Shown here: positions 42,397 through 55,812 of the stretch, in pieces
Layout of the letters: every line of letters begins with the position of its first letter
Position numbering within the stretch: position 1 is the stretch's first letter
NCBI GenBank assembly: GCA_035063585.1
Contig: JAPSGB010000002.1
Coordinates: 64,001-128,000 of the forward strand
DNA: 64,000 nt
Reading direction: 5' to 3'
Origin: Polyangiaceae bacterium
GTDB taxonomy: Bacteria > Myxococcota_A > Polyangia > Polyangiales > Polyangiaceae
The notes under the pieces: generated by a model
The model's database searches: none
What the model was told of the DNA's origin: nothing
What the model saw: only the letters and a program-made list of their open reading frames with translations
Translations under genes and position numbers: made by a program

Positions 42397-43746
42397 TCAC
42401 TCGGCCGGCGCGGGCACGCCCGGTCGAATGTTCACGCGCGTCGAGCCCGAGGAGAGATCCACGGCGAGGCTCGCGCCGATGAGCACGGCACCAGCGCCGA
42501 GGGTGATCGCGCCCCACTTCACCATCCCGGGTGCGGTGGAGCTCGTCGGATCGCTGCTGCTCACCAGGGCGCCGGTGAGCAACACCGAGCCGCCTCCGAT
42601 CACGGCGAGTGAACCGATCGAGTATCCGACGACCGCGAGCGTCATGAGCGTCCGGTCCCCCGGACGCACCTCGAGGTTCACGTCGCCGCTCCGATCATAG
42701 AGCTGGAACCCGCTCGACGGAGTGATGTTCGGACCGGTCACGCGGAGCCACTGCCCGTTGCGCGCGTCGATGGTCGTGTCGCACGGGGCGCGACAGAGGA
42801 TGGTGCTCGCGCCCAGGCTGACGAAGCCGCCGCGCACCGGTCGGAGTTTATTCACCTCGGCGCCCTGGAGCTGTAACGAGGAGTCCGGGCTCGAGATGTG
42901 CACGCGCACGATGCCGTCGCCCGGCGGGATCACCGACCCCGGCGAGACGTCCTCGAGCGGCGCAAGGGCGCTACCGAAGATCTGACCTCTCGGCTCCGCG
43001 CTCGGTGGCGGCGCGAGGCTCGCGAACTCGCCGAGCGGCGCGACCTCCACGCGCAGGAGCGCGCCGCACCCCTCGGGCGGCGCCGCGTCGTCCGACTTGG
43101 AGGCCTCGCACGCCGCGGCCTCACCGTCGCGGTTCAACATCTCGCGCTCGCTCGTGCTCTTGCCGCCCGCGCCGACCCCAGCGACTCCGAGCCCGCCCCC
43201 CGCCGTCCCGCTCGCGCCGGCGTAGAACTCGAACGCGCCGGCGGTGAGCCCGGTCACGACGTGCGTCGCGCCATCGCACATGCCCTCGAGCCGGTCGAGC
43301 TTAGACTCGATCGCGTCGTAGCGCCCCACGATGTTCATGTTCACCACGAGCTGCCCCGACTTGGCGAGCGTGGCCTCGAGCCGCGCGGCGCCCACCGGCA
43401 ACTTCGCGTAGAGCTCGTCCTCGTCGCTGATGACGACGCGCTCGAGCTTTCGGGTGGTCGGCGTGTATCGGTAGCTGCCGGCCACGTGGCACTGGGGCAT
43501 GAGCTCCATCTCGCAGCCCGAGTACTTCACGACCACCAGCCCGTGCTTCGCCTCCGCCTCGAGCGTCGCGCGATCCGACGACGGCCACTCGATGACCAGA
43601 GGGCGGTCCGAGCTTGCGCGGACCTGACACTTCGTCTGCCCCTTCGGTCGATACTCGGGCGGCGTGGCCGCCGGTCGTGCGGACCCGATGCAACCCGCAG
43701 CCGCGAAAAGCAGCGCGCCCCCGAGCAGAGCCCGACCGACCAACAT
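42397..43746 (-). CDS. Hypothetical Cys-containing lipoprotein with C-terminal TM segments
   Basis: Lipobox AAGC; 449 aa; two C-terminal hydrophobic helices. Confidence 0.72.
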   Translation of the reverse strand: MLVGRALLGGALLFAAAGCIGSARPAATPPEYRPKGQTKCQVRASSDRPLVIEWPSSDRATLEAEAKHGLVVVKYSGCEMELMPQCHVAGSYRYTPTTRKLERVVISDEDELYAKLPVGAARLEATLAKSGQLVVNMNIVGRYDAIESKLDRLEGMCDGATHVVTGLTAGAFEFYAGASGTAGGGLGVAGVGAGGKSTSEREMLNRDGEAAACEASKSDDAAPPEGCGALLRVEVAPLGEFASLAPPPSAEPRGQIFGSALAPLEDVSPGSVIPPGDGIVRVHISSPDSSLQLQGAEVNKLRPVRGGFVSLGASTILCRAPCDTTIDARNGQWLRVTGPNITPSSGFQLYDRSGDVNLEVRPGDRTLMTLAVVGYSIGSLAVIGGGSVLLTGALVSSSDPTSSTAPGMVKWGAITLGAGAVLIGASLAVDLSSGSTRVNIRPGVPAPAE

Positions 43747-43882
43747 GGCGAGCGAGTATACGCGCGCGCTCCGCCGCGCCTCCCTCCAATCTGACGCGCT
43801 GGCGCTCAGGCCGCACGGCCGAAGGCGGCGCGGCCCGGTCGATGAGCCGCTCGGACTCCGCGCCGCGCCGACGCCCCGGAAA

Positions 43883-45145
43883 TCACCTACAGAGCGCGTC
43901 GCGGAGCGGCTCGCGGACGCGACGCCACTGGAACGCCGTCACCGCGGGGATGATGACGTCGAGGACGCAGAGCCGCGCTCCGCCGCGCGCGTCGAGGAGC
44001 GCGAGCCCCTCCGCCTCGGAGCCGACCGTGCCGAGGGTCCGGAGCGGCATCACGATCCCGGTGTCGAGATCGATCTTGTAGATCGTCTTCTGTTCATCGT
44101 CGCTCGAGGCGTAGAGCGCGCCGCCGAACACCTTGGCTCCTTGGACGCGCGCGATGGGCGGCGAGAGCGGCAGCGCATCGACGAAGGCGAGGTCGCGGTC
44201 GAGATCGAAGCGGAACAGCCGGTCGGTGGGCTCCCACTCGGCGGCGTACACGCGGCGGCGCGGGCCATCGACCGCTACCCACGGGACCCCTTTGGTGAGC
44301 TTGTCGGTCGGGAGCGGATAGCTCGCGCCGGTCGGCTCGAGCGTCGCCGCGTCAAAGGTGACGATGGTCGGGTAGAGGTAGTCCGGCCCGTCTTCGATGG
44401 GTGCGAAGAGCCGGCCGTCATGCACGTCGATGTCGCCGATGTGATTCGCTCCTTGCTTGAAGAGCGCGGCGGGGATCGGCTGCACGTTCTCGGCCGTCAC
44501 CTCGAAGTCGAAGGTGGTCCGCTCGAGGTGGTTCTTGGCCGAGAAGAACCAGCTCTCGCCGTCGGTGGCGATCCCCTGCGAGCGGTGGACGGACTCGATG
44601 AGCTCGAAGGTGTCGCTGCGGTCATCTTCCCACGCCTCGTCATTTGCCAGGCGAATGAAGCGCCCGAGCGCCGCGTCGGGCGCGACGATGGTTGCGCCCG
44701 GCGCGAGCTCGTGGACGGCTGCCTCGAGCTCGGCGTCCGCGAGCTCGACGACTCGCCGAACCGGGCCCGCTGCGGGAAGCTCGGGGAGCGTGACGCCGTC
44801 ATCGGGAGCACCGTTCACGTCGAGCGACTGGATGATCTGAACCGTGCGGGTGAGCGCGGCGCCCGCCGAGCAGCCGCGACCGTTCGCGAGCTGGTAGGGG
44901 CTCACGAGCGCGCGCGCCGGGGTTGGCTCGAACTCGAGCCCTCCCACGCCGAACACGATCCGATCCCCCTCGTCGTAGCGGAACCGCCCGTCGGCGTCCG
45001 TGAAGCCGGCGTGCGCTCCCGCGCGGTAACGCATGCCCGCGATCGCGCCGGGCAGCGGCCCGCCGCCGCCCAAGAGCCGCCCAGTCTGGCTCTCGGGAGC
45101 GGCGCCGCACGCGGAGAGCAGGAGGACCAGGATGAGTCGCCTCAT
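43883..45145 (-). CDS. Hypothetical lipoprotein (possible beta-propeller C-terminus)
   Basis: MRRLILVLLLSAC lipobox; SQGIATDG, HIGDID and EAEGL blade-like motifs. Confidence 0.72.
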   Translation of the reverse strand: MRRLILVLLLSACGAAPESQTGRLLGGGGPLPGAIAGMRYRAGAHAGFTDADGRFRYDEGDRIVFGVGGLEFEPTPARALVSPYQLANGRGCSAGAALTRTVQIIQSLDVNGAPDDGVTLPELPAAGPVRRVVELADAELEAAVHELAPGATIVAPDAALGRFIRLANDEAWEDDRSDTFELIESVHRSQGIATDGESWFFSAKNHLERTTFDFEVTAENVQPIPAALFKQGANHIGDIDVHDGRLFAPIEDGPDYLYPTIVTFDAATLEPTGASYPLPTDKLTKGVPWVAVDGPRRRVYAAEWEPTDRLFRFDLDRDLAFVDALPLSPPIARVQGAKVFGGALYASSDDEQKTIYKIDLDTGIVMPLRTLGTVGSEAEGLALLDARGGARLCVLDVIIPAVTAFQWRRVREPLRDALCR

Positions 45146-45359
45146 CTATCCGAGCCGCTCCTCGCGCGCGCGCCGGTTCGCGTAGCACGCGGCGATTTCG
45201 TAGCAGGGCGTCGGCTCCGGCCGGTTCCCCTCCGGAAGCGCCCAGAGCTCGCGAGCGGGCGGGGCCGCATAACGGACCGCGACGTAGCTCGTCGAATCGT
45301 TCACGGCCTCGATGATAGCCTGGGCGGCGCGCCTGCGCGACCGCGACACGCGCGCCCGC

Positions 45360-46589
<1,230 letters not shown>

Positions 46590-46672
46590 CCCGGCCTCCT
46601 CGGTGAGCCTCGAACCATATCAGGTCCCTCGGGAGCTTGCGGCGCGGCCGGACTCGCGCGAAAACCCGCCTG

Positions 46673-47197
46673 ATGACCACGAAGCCCCCGCCTCCCGCCA
46701 GCCCCGAGAAAGGCGCCCCCGGCGCGGCCGCCGAGAAGAGCGCCGCGCCCGCCCCGCCCAGCAAGTTCAAGCGCTTTCTCGTCCGCGCCGGGGTGGCGCT
46801 CGGGTTCGTGGGCGCCGCTTACGGCACCGGCCGGCTGCAGGGGCGCTCGGCGACGAGCGAGGCCGAGCGCGCCACCCAGGACGCCCGCGCCGAGACGGCC
46901 AGCGCCAAGCATGACACCGAGGCCGCCCGCGCGCTCATCGCGCGCCTGGAGGCGCGCCGCCGGCTCGACCGCGCGCTCCGCGAGATCGACCGCCGCAACT
47001 TCGGCATCGCCGCCGACGAGCTTCGCGACGGCGCCGCGCTGCTCGAGGCAAGCCGCCCGGACGGCGAGCTCGGCAAGCTCGCCACCGACTGGAAGGCCTA
47101 TCGGCTGATCGCCTCGGACGACGTCGCCAAGCAGCGCGGAGAGGTCCTCGCGTTCGCCGATCGCTTCGACGGGCTCGTCCCCCCGAAAAAGCCCTGA
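46673..47197 (+). CDS. Hypothetical membrane-anchored coiled-coil protein
   Basis: One TM segment, then a helical region containing RRNFGIA. Confidence 0.7.
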   Translation: MTTKPPPPASPEKGAPGAAAEKSAAPAPPSKFKRFLVRAGVALGFVGAAYGTGRLQGRSATSEAERATQDARAETASAKHDTEAARALIARLEARRRLDRALREIDRRNFGIAADELRDGAALLEASRPDGELGKLATDWKAYRLIASDDVAKQRGEVLAFADRFDGLVPPKKP

Positions 47198-47244
47198 GCC
47201 GCCTCATCATCTTGCCGGTCCGGCGCGGAACCGACCAGGACGTC

Positions 47245-47333
47245 GATGCAGCCGACGACGCGCCGCGAGAACGAGTCGAGGATGGCCGCGAGGAAGAGCC
47301 ATCCGGCGTGGGTACAGATGGCCGTCACATCAG
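47245..47333 (-). pseudogene. Remnant of an IS3-family integrase core (rve)
   Basis: Translates to DVTAICTHAGWLFLAAILDSFSRRVVG, matching the IS3 DITY...GWLYLA.V.D.FSR.IVG pattern. Confidence 0.7.
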
Positions 47334-49056
47334 CCTGGATTTCGCGTGTGCGACCAGCTGCCGCAGCCGCGCGTCGTCGCGGGCCGTCGACCGCTCGCCG
47401 CGGCGTGAGTTTCGGATTCGCGAGACACTGCCCCCTTCCCCCCAACGTCGTTCGGTTGTGATCTGGTCAGCACAACATCTCCTGGAGCAGCGACTTCGGG
47501 TGGACATGCAGGTGCCGCTGGCGACCGGAGCGTGTGAGACGGCCTGGCACACGAAAGAGAGCGCGCGAGATCCACGGCATGCGCCACGACATCACGCGGG
47601 GCGCCCGCTCGGCCGTGTACCGCCGCACGAGGTTGTGCGTCAGGAGCTTGAGGAGGAACACGGCGTGATTCGCGTCGAAGGACTGGGTCGGGATCTTGCC
47701 GATGCCGATCGCGTTCTTGAGCTCGGCAATACGCGGTTCGATCTCGGCGCGGCCGTCGTACTCGTGCGCGATATCCTCCGCCGGCAAGTCGCTGTTGTTC
47801 GAGATGAAGACCTGGACTCCGTAGTCGAGGTGCTCCCAGAGTTGCACCTGCTTGCCGGTGTCGCGGTCCCGACGGCGGACCGCCACGACACGGTAGTCCT
47901 TGCTCCATTCGTTGCGGCGGAAGGCGAGGTCGCAGACCTGCACGAGCGGCTCGCCATCGGCATCCTCGTCGACGCTCTTCCAGCCGCTCGCGAGCAGCAA
48001 TGTGCCGAACAAGTCCGGCGTGAGACGCGCCTTGGTGACGAAGTACGCCCCGGTGCCATCGAGCGCTTCGAGGATCTTGGCGCAGTCGCCGGCAGAATCG
48101 ATCCGCGCCCAGACCGGGATGTTCTTCGGCGCGTGGCCGACCAGACGGCTCACATACCGGGCGATCAGTGGCGCCTGGTCGTTCCCGATCCCCTCATCCC
48201 CGGGTCGGAGCTGCGCGCCGATGCATGCGCCGGTCTCGGCGATCACGGCGAGCAACGGATGGTAGCTGTTGCGCCCGGGGTAGCGAGGGTTGTAGCCGAC
48301 GACCGCGCCCTGCTGGTGGCCGTGCGTCGTCTCGACTGTCGTGTCGATGTCGATGTGCAGCGAGTGCCACGTTCGCGCCTCGAGCGTTGCAAGCCCGTGG
48401 CTCGCCATCATGATCTCGAGCTGGGCAAGCTTCATGGGCTCGTCGTCGAACCGGGCGAGGCCACGGTACGCCGTGTCGATGCTCGGCACGACGCCGCCGG
48501 CAAGCTCGACGAAGAGCGGGTCCGACGCCAACGCTTCCAGTCCGAACACGCGCTGCTCGCCGACCACGTTGGCGTCGATCAGCATCCGAAGCTGCGCCTC
48601 CATCGGGTAGATGACTGTCGGGCCATCCTTCATCTCGAAGAAGGTAGCCCGCAGCTGCGCATCGAGGCCGATCTTCTCCAGGTACACTCCGAACGGTACC
48701 AGCCCGGCCACTCCGGTGAGCGTCGGGTCCGGGCGTCCGGCGCAAATCGCCGACGCTCGCGGCCGTCGGATCCGGGCGCTGCGTCGATTCCCGCCTCCGC
48801 GCTTGCCGCCGAGCCGATCCCGTCGCACCTTCTCGCTGTCCACCGCACGCTTCTTCTTGGATTTCATCACCCGTTGGACGCGTGCGGTGGGCATTCCGGA
48901 TCACATCGCCGGAAGATCGGCCGACCGATCGGCGCTGTTGGACGCGCGCCGCGTTGCACCCCATGGATGAAGCGCGCCGGAGCGCGCTGTCGCGCAAACG
49001 GCCACGTTTCCCACTCGATCCGCGCGACGGGCCAAGTCGCACATGCGAAATCCAGG
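47334..49056 (-). mobile_element. IS1380-family insertion sequence (1723 bp)
   Basis: Terminal inverted repeats CCTGGATTTCGCGTGTGCGAC (47334-47354) and GTCGCACATGCGAAATCCAGG (49036-49056), 20/21 match, enclosing one transposase. Confidence 0.9.
47467..48867 (-). CDS. IS1380-family DDE transposase
   Basis: LTGVAGL, IDIDTT, YHPL, LRPG, RIDSA and YDGRAEIEPRIAELK. Confidence 0.9.
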   Translation of the reverse strand: MKSKKKRAVDSEKVRRDRLGGKRGGGNRRSARIRRPRASAICAGRPDPTLTGVAGLVPFGVYLEKIGLDAQLRATFFEMKDGPTVIYPMEAQLRMLIDANVVGEQRVFGLEALASDPLFVELAGGVVPSIDTAYRGLARFDDEPMKLAQLEIMMASHGLATLEARTWHSLHIDIDTTVETTHGHQQGAVVGYNPRYPGRNSYHPLLAVIAETGACIGAQLRPGDEGIGNDQAPLIARYVSRLVGHAPKNIPVWARIDSAGDCAKILEALDGTGAYFVTKARLTPDLFGTLLLASGWKSVDEDADGEPLVQVCDLAFRRNEWSKDYRVVAVRRRDRDTGKQVQLWEHLDYGVQVFISNNSDLPAEDIAHEYDGRAEIEPRIAELKNAIGIGKIPTQSFDANHAVFLLKLLTHNLVRRYTAERAPRVMSWRMPWISRALFRVPGRLTRSGRQRHLHVHPKSLLQEMLC

Positions 49057-49169
49057 TTCATGGGATGCGATGGCCGACACGTCAATGGCTGTTGCCGACG
49101 GGCGAGCTGCTCGCTTGTGACTCGGTCCGCGGAAGAGAAGGCTGCCAAGAGGCATGCCCCTTCCCTCAC

Positions 49170-50819
<1,650 letters not shown>

Positions 50820-50857
50820 TCAACCTCTCCTCGACCAGAGCGCGCGCGGGAGCCGCG

Positions 50858-52426
50858 CTAACGCGGGCGCCGCTCGCTGAGCCACGCCCCCACACCCACC
50901 GCGAGCGCGGCGACCGCGAGCGCAATGTTCCAGGCCCCCAGCGACGCGCCGAGCGGCTTGAACTGGACGAGCGCCTCGACCAACCGGACGCCGAGCGCGG
51001 CTGCGCCGTAGGTGACCACGCTCGCCGCGAGCGCGCGCCGGAGCCGTCGCGCGACCTCCACCGAGCGGACGCTGCTCGTCCACACCCGACGCGCGAGGTA
51101 ACGGATCCAGACGGTCGCGGGGGTGAGTGTGGCGACCGCGACGCCGACCGTCACCAGCGTCGCCTCGCTGACCGAGAGCGGCTCGCCGCCGCCGTGCAGG
51201 GCGCGGACCGCATCAGCGAGGCTGGTGACCACGCAGCCCATCACCCAGAGCCAGGCGCCGGCCGAGAGCACGACGAGGAGCGGCCGCGCCGCGCGCGCCT
51301 CTTGCGTCACCTGCGCGATGCTCTCTGCGACCGCGCTCGCCGACACCGCGGGGAGCGTCTTGTCGGTCGACCCGCCGGAGACTACCGGCGACGACGCGAC
51401 CACCACGGTCTTCGGCGCGGAGGCGGGGCTCGCCTGCGTGTCGAACGGGGCGAGAGCGAGATCGAGCGCCGTCATCGATTCGTAACGCTCGGCTGGATTT
51501 TTCGCCATCGCGCGCTCGATCACGAGCTCGAGCGCCTCCGGGATGGACGGCTCGAGCTGCCGCGGCCGGGTAGGCTCATCGGTGAGCACCTGCCCGAGGA
51601 TGGTGGTCGCCTCCTCGGCGTCGAACGGTTTGTGGCCGGTGAGCGCGCGGTACAGGATGGCGCCGGCTGCGTAGACGTCGGCGCGGCGATCCACCTTGGC
51701 GCCGCGCGCCTGCTCCGGCGCCATGTACGACGGCGTGCCCATCACCATCCCGGTCTGGGTCAGGGTGCTCCCGGCGGCGGTCTGCTTCGAAATCCCGAAA
51801 TCCAGGATCTTCGCGAACGGGTGCGACAAGTCGCCGGTCAGAAACACGTTCTCCGGCTTCATGTCGCGGTGGATGACGCCGTGCTCGTGCGCGGCCTCGA
51901 GCGCCTGGCACACCTGGCGCACGATCCGCACCGCCGCTGGCGCGTCGAGGCGCCCGACGCGATCGAGCAGCGCGCCGAGCTCCTCACCATCCAGAAACTC
52001 CCCGACGATGTAGGGGCGGCCGTCGGGCAACCGATGGACGTCATAGACGCCGACGATGTTCGGGTGACCGATCGCGCTCGCCGACTCCGCCTCGCGCTGA
52101 AAACGCGCGACGACCTCGGGCTGCCGCGCGTACTCGTCATGCAGGAGCTTGATGGCGAAGCGCTTGTTGTGGAGCCGGAGGTGGCGCGCCTCGTAGACGC
52201 GCCCCATGCCACCCTCGCCGATCACGCGCACGACCTGGTACGACTCGCCGATGGTCGCGCCGATGAGCGGGTCGTCCCCATCCCCGGCGGCGTCGTCGAG
52301 CGGGGTCGCATCGTGCGGACAGACCTTGAAGTCCGCCGGGTATCGCCGACCGCAGGCCGGGCACACGCGCGGCAGCGTCGCGCTCGCGTTCTCGTCCGAG
52401 CTCACCATCGCAGAGACCGACTGCAT
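50858..52426 (-). CDS. Membrane-associated Ser/Thr protein kinase
   Basis: GEGGMG, AIK, HRDMKPEN, DFG and APE motifs; N-terminal CPAC..CPHD; C-terminal TM segments. Confidence 0.93.
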   Translation of the reverse strand: MQSVSAMVSSDENASATLPRVCPACGRRYPADFKVCPHDATPLDDAAGDGDDPLIGATIGESYQVVRVIGEGGMGRVYEARHLRLHNKRFAIKLLHDEYARQPEVVARFQREAESASAIGHPNIVGVYDVHRLPDGRPYIVGEFLDGEELGALLDRVGRLDAPAAVRIVRQVCQALEAAHEHGVIHRDMKPENVFLTGDLSHPFAKILDFGISKQTAAGSTLTQTGMVMGTPSYMAPEQARGAKVDRRADVYAAGAILYRALTGHKPFDAEEATTILGQVLTDEPTRPRQLEPSIPEALELVIERAMAKNPAERYESMTALDLALAPFDTQASPASAPKTVVVASSPVVSGGSTDKTLPAVSASAVAESIAQVTQEARAARPLLVVLSAGAWLWVMGCVVTSLADAVRALHGGGEPLSVSEATLVTVGVAVATLTPATVWIRYLARRVWTSSVRSVEVARRLRRALAASVVTYGAAALGVRLVEALVQFKPLGASLGAWNIALAVAALAVGVGAWLSERRPR

Positions 52427-52666
52427 CCGAATCCTGGCCGCGCCGTGGGCGAGCGAGCTCGGCCGGTCGGCACGCGACTACCGGGAAGCTTAGCGTCAAC
52501 TCCTCGCGCCAGGGTATCCGAGACTGGGACGACCCGGGCTCGCCGGGGAGCCGCCCCGCGGCCGCAGGCCTCGTGTGAGCAAATGTCGGTTCGTCGCGGC
52601 CGGCGGCGCGGCCCGCGGGCCCGGGGCGTTGCCGTCACGAGAAATCGGGACCAAGCTCTCCTCCCG

Positions 52667-53023
52667 GTGACCTGCTCGCTCCGCCGCCAGCTCGCGGTCC
52701 TGGTGGCATCGCTCTTCGCGGTGCTCGCCGGGAGCCCGCCGCTCGCTTCTTCGGAGTGGAGGCTCGTCGAGTCGCCGGAGCTGTCCAGCCCGGCCCACGA
52801 TGGCAGCGAGTGTCAGCCGGCCACCCCGTCGGTGAACGAGACACCGGACGTCCCGGAGGCCCCGCAGAACCTCGCGCTCGAGCCGACGCCTTGGCTCGCC
52901 GGCGCGCCGCCCGCCGAACCGTCGGCGCTCCTGCCGCTCGGTCCGGTCGCACACGCGCGGCCTGGAGCGCGCTCACTCCCCCCGAGCGCGCGCGCTCCTC
53001 CGAGCACCCGGCTGGTCGGCTAG
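52667..53023 (+). CDS. Possible small exported protein
   Basis: GTG start, signal-like hydrophobic stretch and C-terminal ARAPP motif; weak support. Confidence 0.3.
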   Translation: MTCSLRRQLAVLVASLFAVLAGSPPLASSEWRLVESPELSSPAHDGSECQPATPSVNETPDVPEAPQNLALEPTPWLAGAPPAEPSALLPLGPVAHARPGARSLPPSARAPPSTRLVG

Positions 53024-53220
53024 TCGATCGGCGCCGAGGCTCACTCGCGTCCTCCGTCGGGCGCTCGCGCAGGCTCTCGAAGTCACGTCGTCGGCTGGCC
53101 GCGTGCCGCGTTCGCGCGGCGCCCGCGCCGCGGCCCACGGGAGAGGGGCCGCGTCATCGTTCGACGGTCCCGCTCGCTCACTCGACTCGAACCGCGCGCT
53201 CGCCGCGCGCCGTGGATCCC

Positions 53221-54489
53221 ATGAAGACTTCACCGCCCTCACAGTGCCTCGTGTTCGATCCGGAGCACGAATCCCAAGACCTTCCAGGTTTCCTGATCGC
53301 GCTCGGCCTTCGGGTGACCGTGGCCCCGAGCGCGGCAGCGGCGCTCCGCGCCGCCGCCGCGACCCCGCATCACGTCGCGTTCGTCAGCGTGCGTTCCCGC
53401 GACCCGGCCGGCTTCGAGCTCGTCTCGACGCTGCTCTCCTCGTGCCACGCGCTCGAGGTGGTCGCGCTGGTTCGCCCGTCTGACCTCGCGGCGGCGCTCG
53501 AGGCCGGCCGGCGAGGCGCGCGCTCGTGCCTCCCGCACGCGTCGCCCTTTGCGGACGTCGATCGCCTCATCGACGACCGCTCGCGCGCCTTCACGCCGCA
53601 GGACGACGAGCTCGTGGCGCGGTCTCCGGCCATGCGCATGGTGGCGAGCGCGGTGCTCAAGGCGGCTGGCTCCGATGCGCCGCTCCTGCTCCGTGGTGAG
53701 CGCGGCTCCGGGCGGGAGGCGCTGGCCCGCCTCGCGCACGCGCGCGGCGCTCGGGCCGCGCTCCGGTTCGAGGTCGTGCGCTGCGCGGAGCTCACCGCGC
53801 GCGAGCTCACGACCGTGGTACCCGCGCGGCTCGACCGAGCCAAGGGCGCCACCCTGTACCTCGACGAGGTGAGCGAGCTCCCCGCCGACGTCCAGCGGCG
53901 TCTCTCGCGAGCGCTCGACCCGGACGACGCGGGCTCGCGCGACGCGGCTCGCTTGATCGCCTCGACGAGCGCTGGGCTCTCGGGCTCGACCGCGGCCCCC
54001 TTCGACGCCGAGTTGCTCCGTCGTCTGTCGGTGCTCACCCTCGACGTGCCCCCGCTGCGCGAGCGGCCGGAGGACATTCTGCCCCTCGCCGTGCGCATGC
54101 TCGGCGAGCTCGCGGGCCGTGCGGAGCGACCGGCGCCCGAGCTCGACGAGAGCGCACGAGCCGCGCTCGCGGGCTACGACTGGCCCGGAAATTTGCCGGA
54201 GCTCCGCGGCGAGCTCGAGCGCGCGCTCACCATGACCGGGGCCGGCCTCATCCACGCGAGCGCGCTATCGAGCAGGCTCCACTCGACGAGCCGCGCGCTC
54301 CCCTATCTCGGCGGCGACTTCACCCTGGAAGAGATCGAGCGCACGCACATCGAGCGGATCCTCGCGCGCAGCCGGACCTTCGACGGCGCGGCCGAGCTCC
54401 TCGGCATCGACGACTCGACGCTCTGGCGCAAGCGCAAGCGCTACGCGAGCGGCCGCTCGCCGAGCCGAGGGAGCGACCACGCCGCGTGA
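53221..54489 (+). CDS. Degenerate NtrC-like regulator (receiver-AAA+-Fis HTH)
   Basis: LRGERGSGRE, LYLDEV, PPLRERPEDI, WPGNLPEL and AAELLGIDDSTLWRK; no GAFTGA loop. Confidence 0.85.
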   Translation: MKTSPPSQCLVFDPEHESQDLPGFLIALGLRVTVAPSAAAALRAAAATPHHVAFVSVRSRDPAGFELVSTLLSSCHALEVVALVRPSDLAAALEAGRRGARSCLPHASPFADVDRLIDDRSRAFTPQDDELVARSPAMRMVASAVLKAAGSDAPLLLRGERGSGREALARLAHARGARAALRFEVVRCAELTARELTTVVPARLDRAKGATLYLDEVSELPADVQRRLSRALDPDDAGSRDAARLIASTSAGLSGSTAAPFDAELLRRLSVLTLDVPPLRERPEDILPLAVRMLGELAGRAERPAPELDESARAALAGYDWPGNLPELRGELERALTMTGAGLIHASALSSRLHSTSRALPYLGGDFTLEEIERTHIERILARSRTFDGAAELLGIDDSTLWRKRKRYASGRSPSRGSDHAA

Positions 54490-54528
54490 CCGTGCGCCGC
54501 GACGCTCCGCGCCGCCCGGGCGCGTGGA

Positions 54529-54933
54529 TCAGGCGCGCCCCTCGCGCTGGCGCCGGCGGCGCTCGAGGTAGAAGTGAACGAGCACCCCGGCGCTCACCAT
54601 GAAGACCGACCACTCCCACACCAAGATCGCGCTCTCTTCGGTGAACCGCAGGCCCGCGACCCCATTCACCAGGCGGACCATGAAGGAGCTGTGGTCGCCG
54701 AACCCGGTGCCGCCTCGATGACGCAGCTCGCGCGCGCCGGTGGTGAGCACGCACTCGCCGAGCGCGCTGTGCGAGAGCCGCGTCACCACCACGAAGGCGA
54801 GCGCGTAGACCACGTACGCGCGGCTCCACTTCGGGTATCGATGCCAGAAGAGCAGCGGCAGACCGAGCACCCACACGATCATCGCGAGCGCGTGGAGCGC
54901 GTCGACCAGGTTCGCGAGAGCTTCGAGCGCCAT
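54529..54933 (-). CDS. Small membrane protein (DUF2784-like)
   Basis: DALHAL, ECVLT and SF motifs with three TM segments. Confidence 0.6.
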   Translation of the reverse strand: MALEALANLVDALHALAMIVWVLGLPLLFWHRYPKWSRAYVVYALAFVVVTRLSHSALGECVLTTGARELRHRGGTGFGDHSSFMVRLVNGVAGLRFTEESAILVWEWSVFMVSAGVLVHFYLERRRRQREGRA

Positions 54934-55055
54934 GGTAGCCGTGGTCCCCTCACGCGCGAGCGGCTCGCGTCGCCGCCCCCCCATCGTGAAGTCGGCGGCC
55001 CCCGCGAGCTCGGGTCGCGTCGAGGCGCAGGCCGCCGCTCCGCGACCCCGGTCGC

Positions 55056-55559
55056 TCACCTTGCCTTCACGTCGATCTGCTTGGGCTTGGCCTCGGGCCG
55101 CTTCGGCACGGTGAGCGTGAGGACCCCATCCTTGAGGTCCGCCGTGATCTGCTCGGCGTCGATCCCCTCCGGCAGGGTGAAGCTCCGAGAGAACGACCCG
55201 TAGCTGCGCTCGCAGGCGTAGTAGGTGTCGGTCTTCTCTTCCTTCTCGGCTTCACGCCGCCCGGTCACGGCGAGGCGGTTGTGGGACAGCTTGATGTCCA
55301 GATCCTTCACGTCTACGCCAGGCATGTCGGCGACGAACACGAAGCCGTCCTTCGTCTCCTTGACCTCGAACGCCGGCATGAACTGCGCGGGCTCGCCGGT
55401 CTGCCACGAGGGCAGCATCTCCGAGAACGGATCGAAGCGCATCAGGTCCCGCATCATGCGGAACGGCTCCCACGCGCGCGGCGTCACCGCCGCGACCGCC
55501 TGGGCGGGCGCCGTGGGGAGCTTCCCGCCGTTTTCCTTGTGAACTGATATGGTTGCCAT
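55056..55559 (-). CDS. Hsp20/alpha-crystallin small heat-shock protein
   Basis: ADMPGV, ERSYGSFSRSFTLP and DGVLTLTVPK; GGAGG RBS. Confidence 0.93.
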   Translation of the reverse strand: MATISVHKENGGKLPTAPAQAVAAVTPRAWEPFRMMRDLMRFDPFSEMLPSWQTGEPAQFMPAFEVKETKDGFVFVADMPGVDVKDLDIKLSHNRLAVTGRREAEKEEKTDTYYACERSYGSFSRSFTLPEGIDAEQITADLKDGVLTLTVPKRPEAKPKQIDVKAR

Positions 55560-55812
55560 ATTTCCCTCCGTCTCACCGGCGATGCCGGTCCCTGCCTCGC
55601 TCGGGCAGGCACCCTCCGCGTAGCAACTCACGTTCCAATCACGTCACCGCGACGAGACCCTCGACGCGCGCACTTCTGTCGCCGAGGGGAGCGGAGAAGG
55701 TGTGGATACGAGCCGCGGCTGGCCCGAAATCGCGTCTATGATCGCGCGGCTCCGGACTGTGCGAAACGGCTGCGCCGGTGCGGCCCCGACTCGCGAACCC
55801 TGCGCGGAGGGG

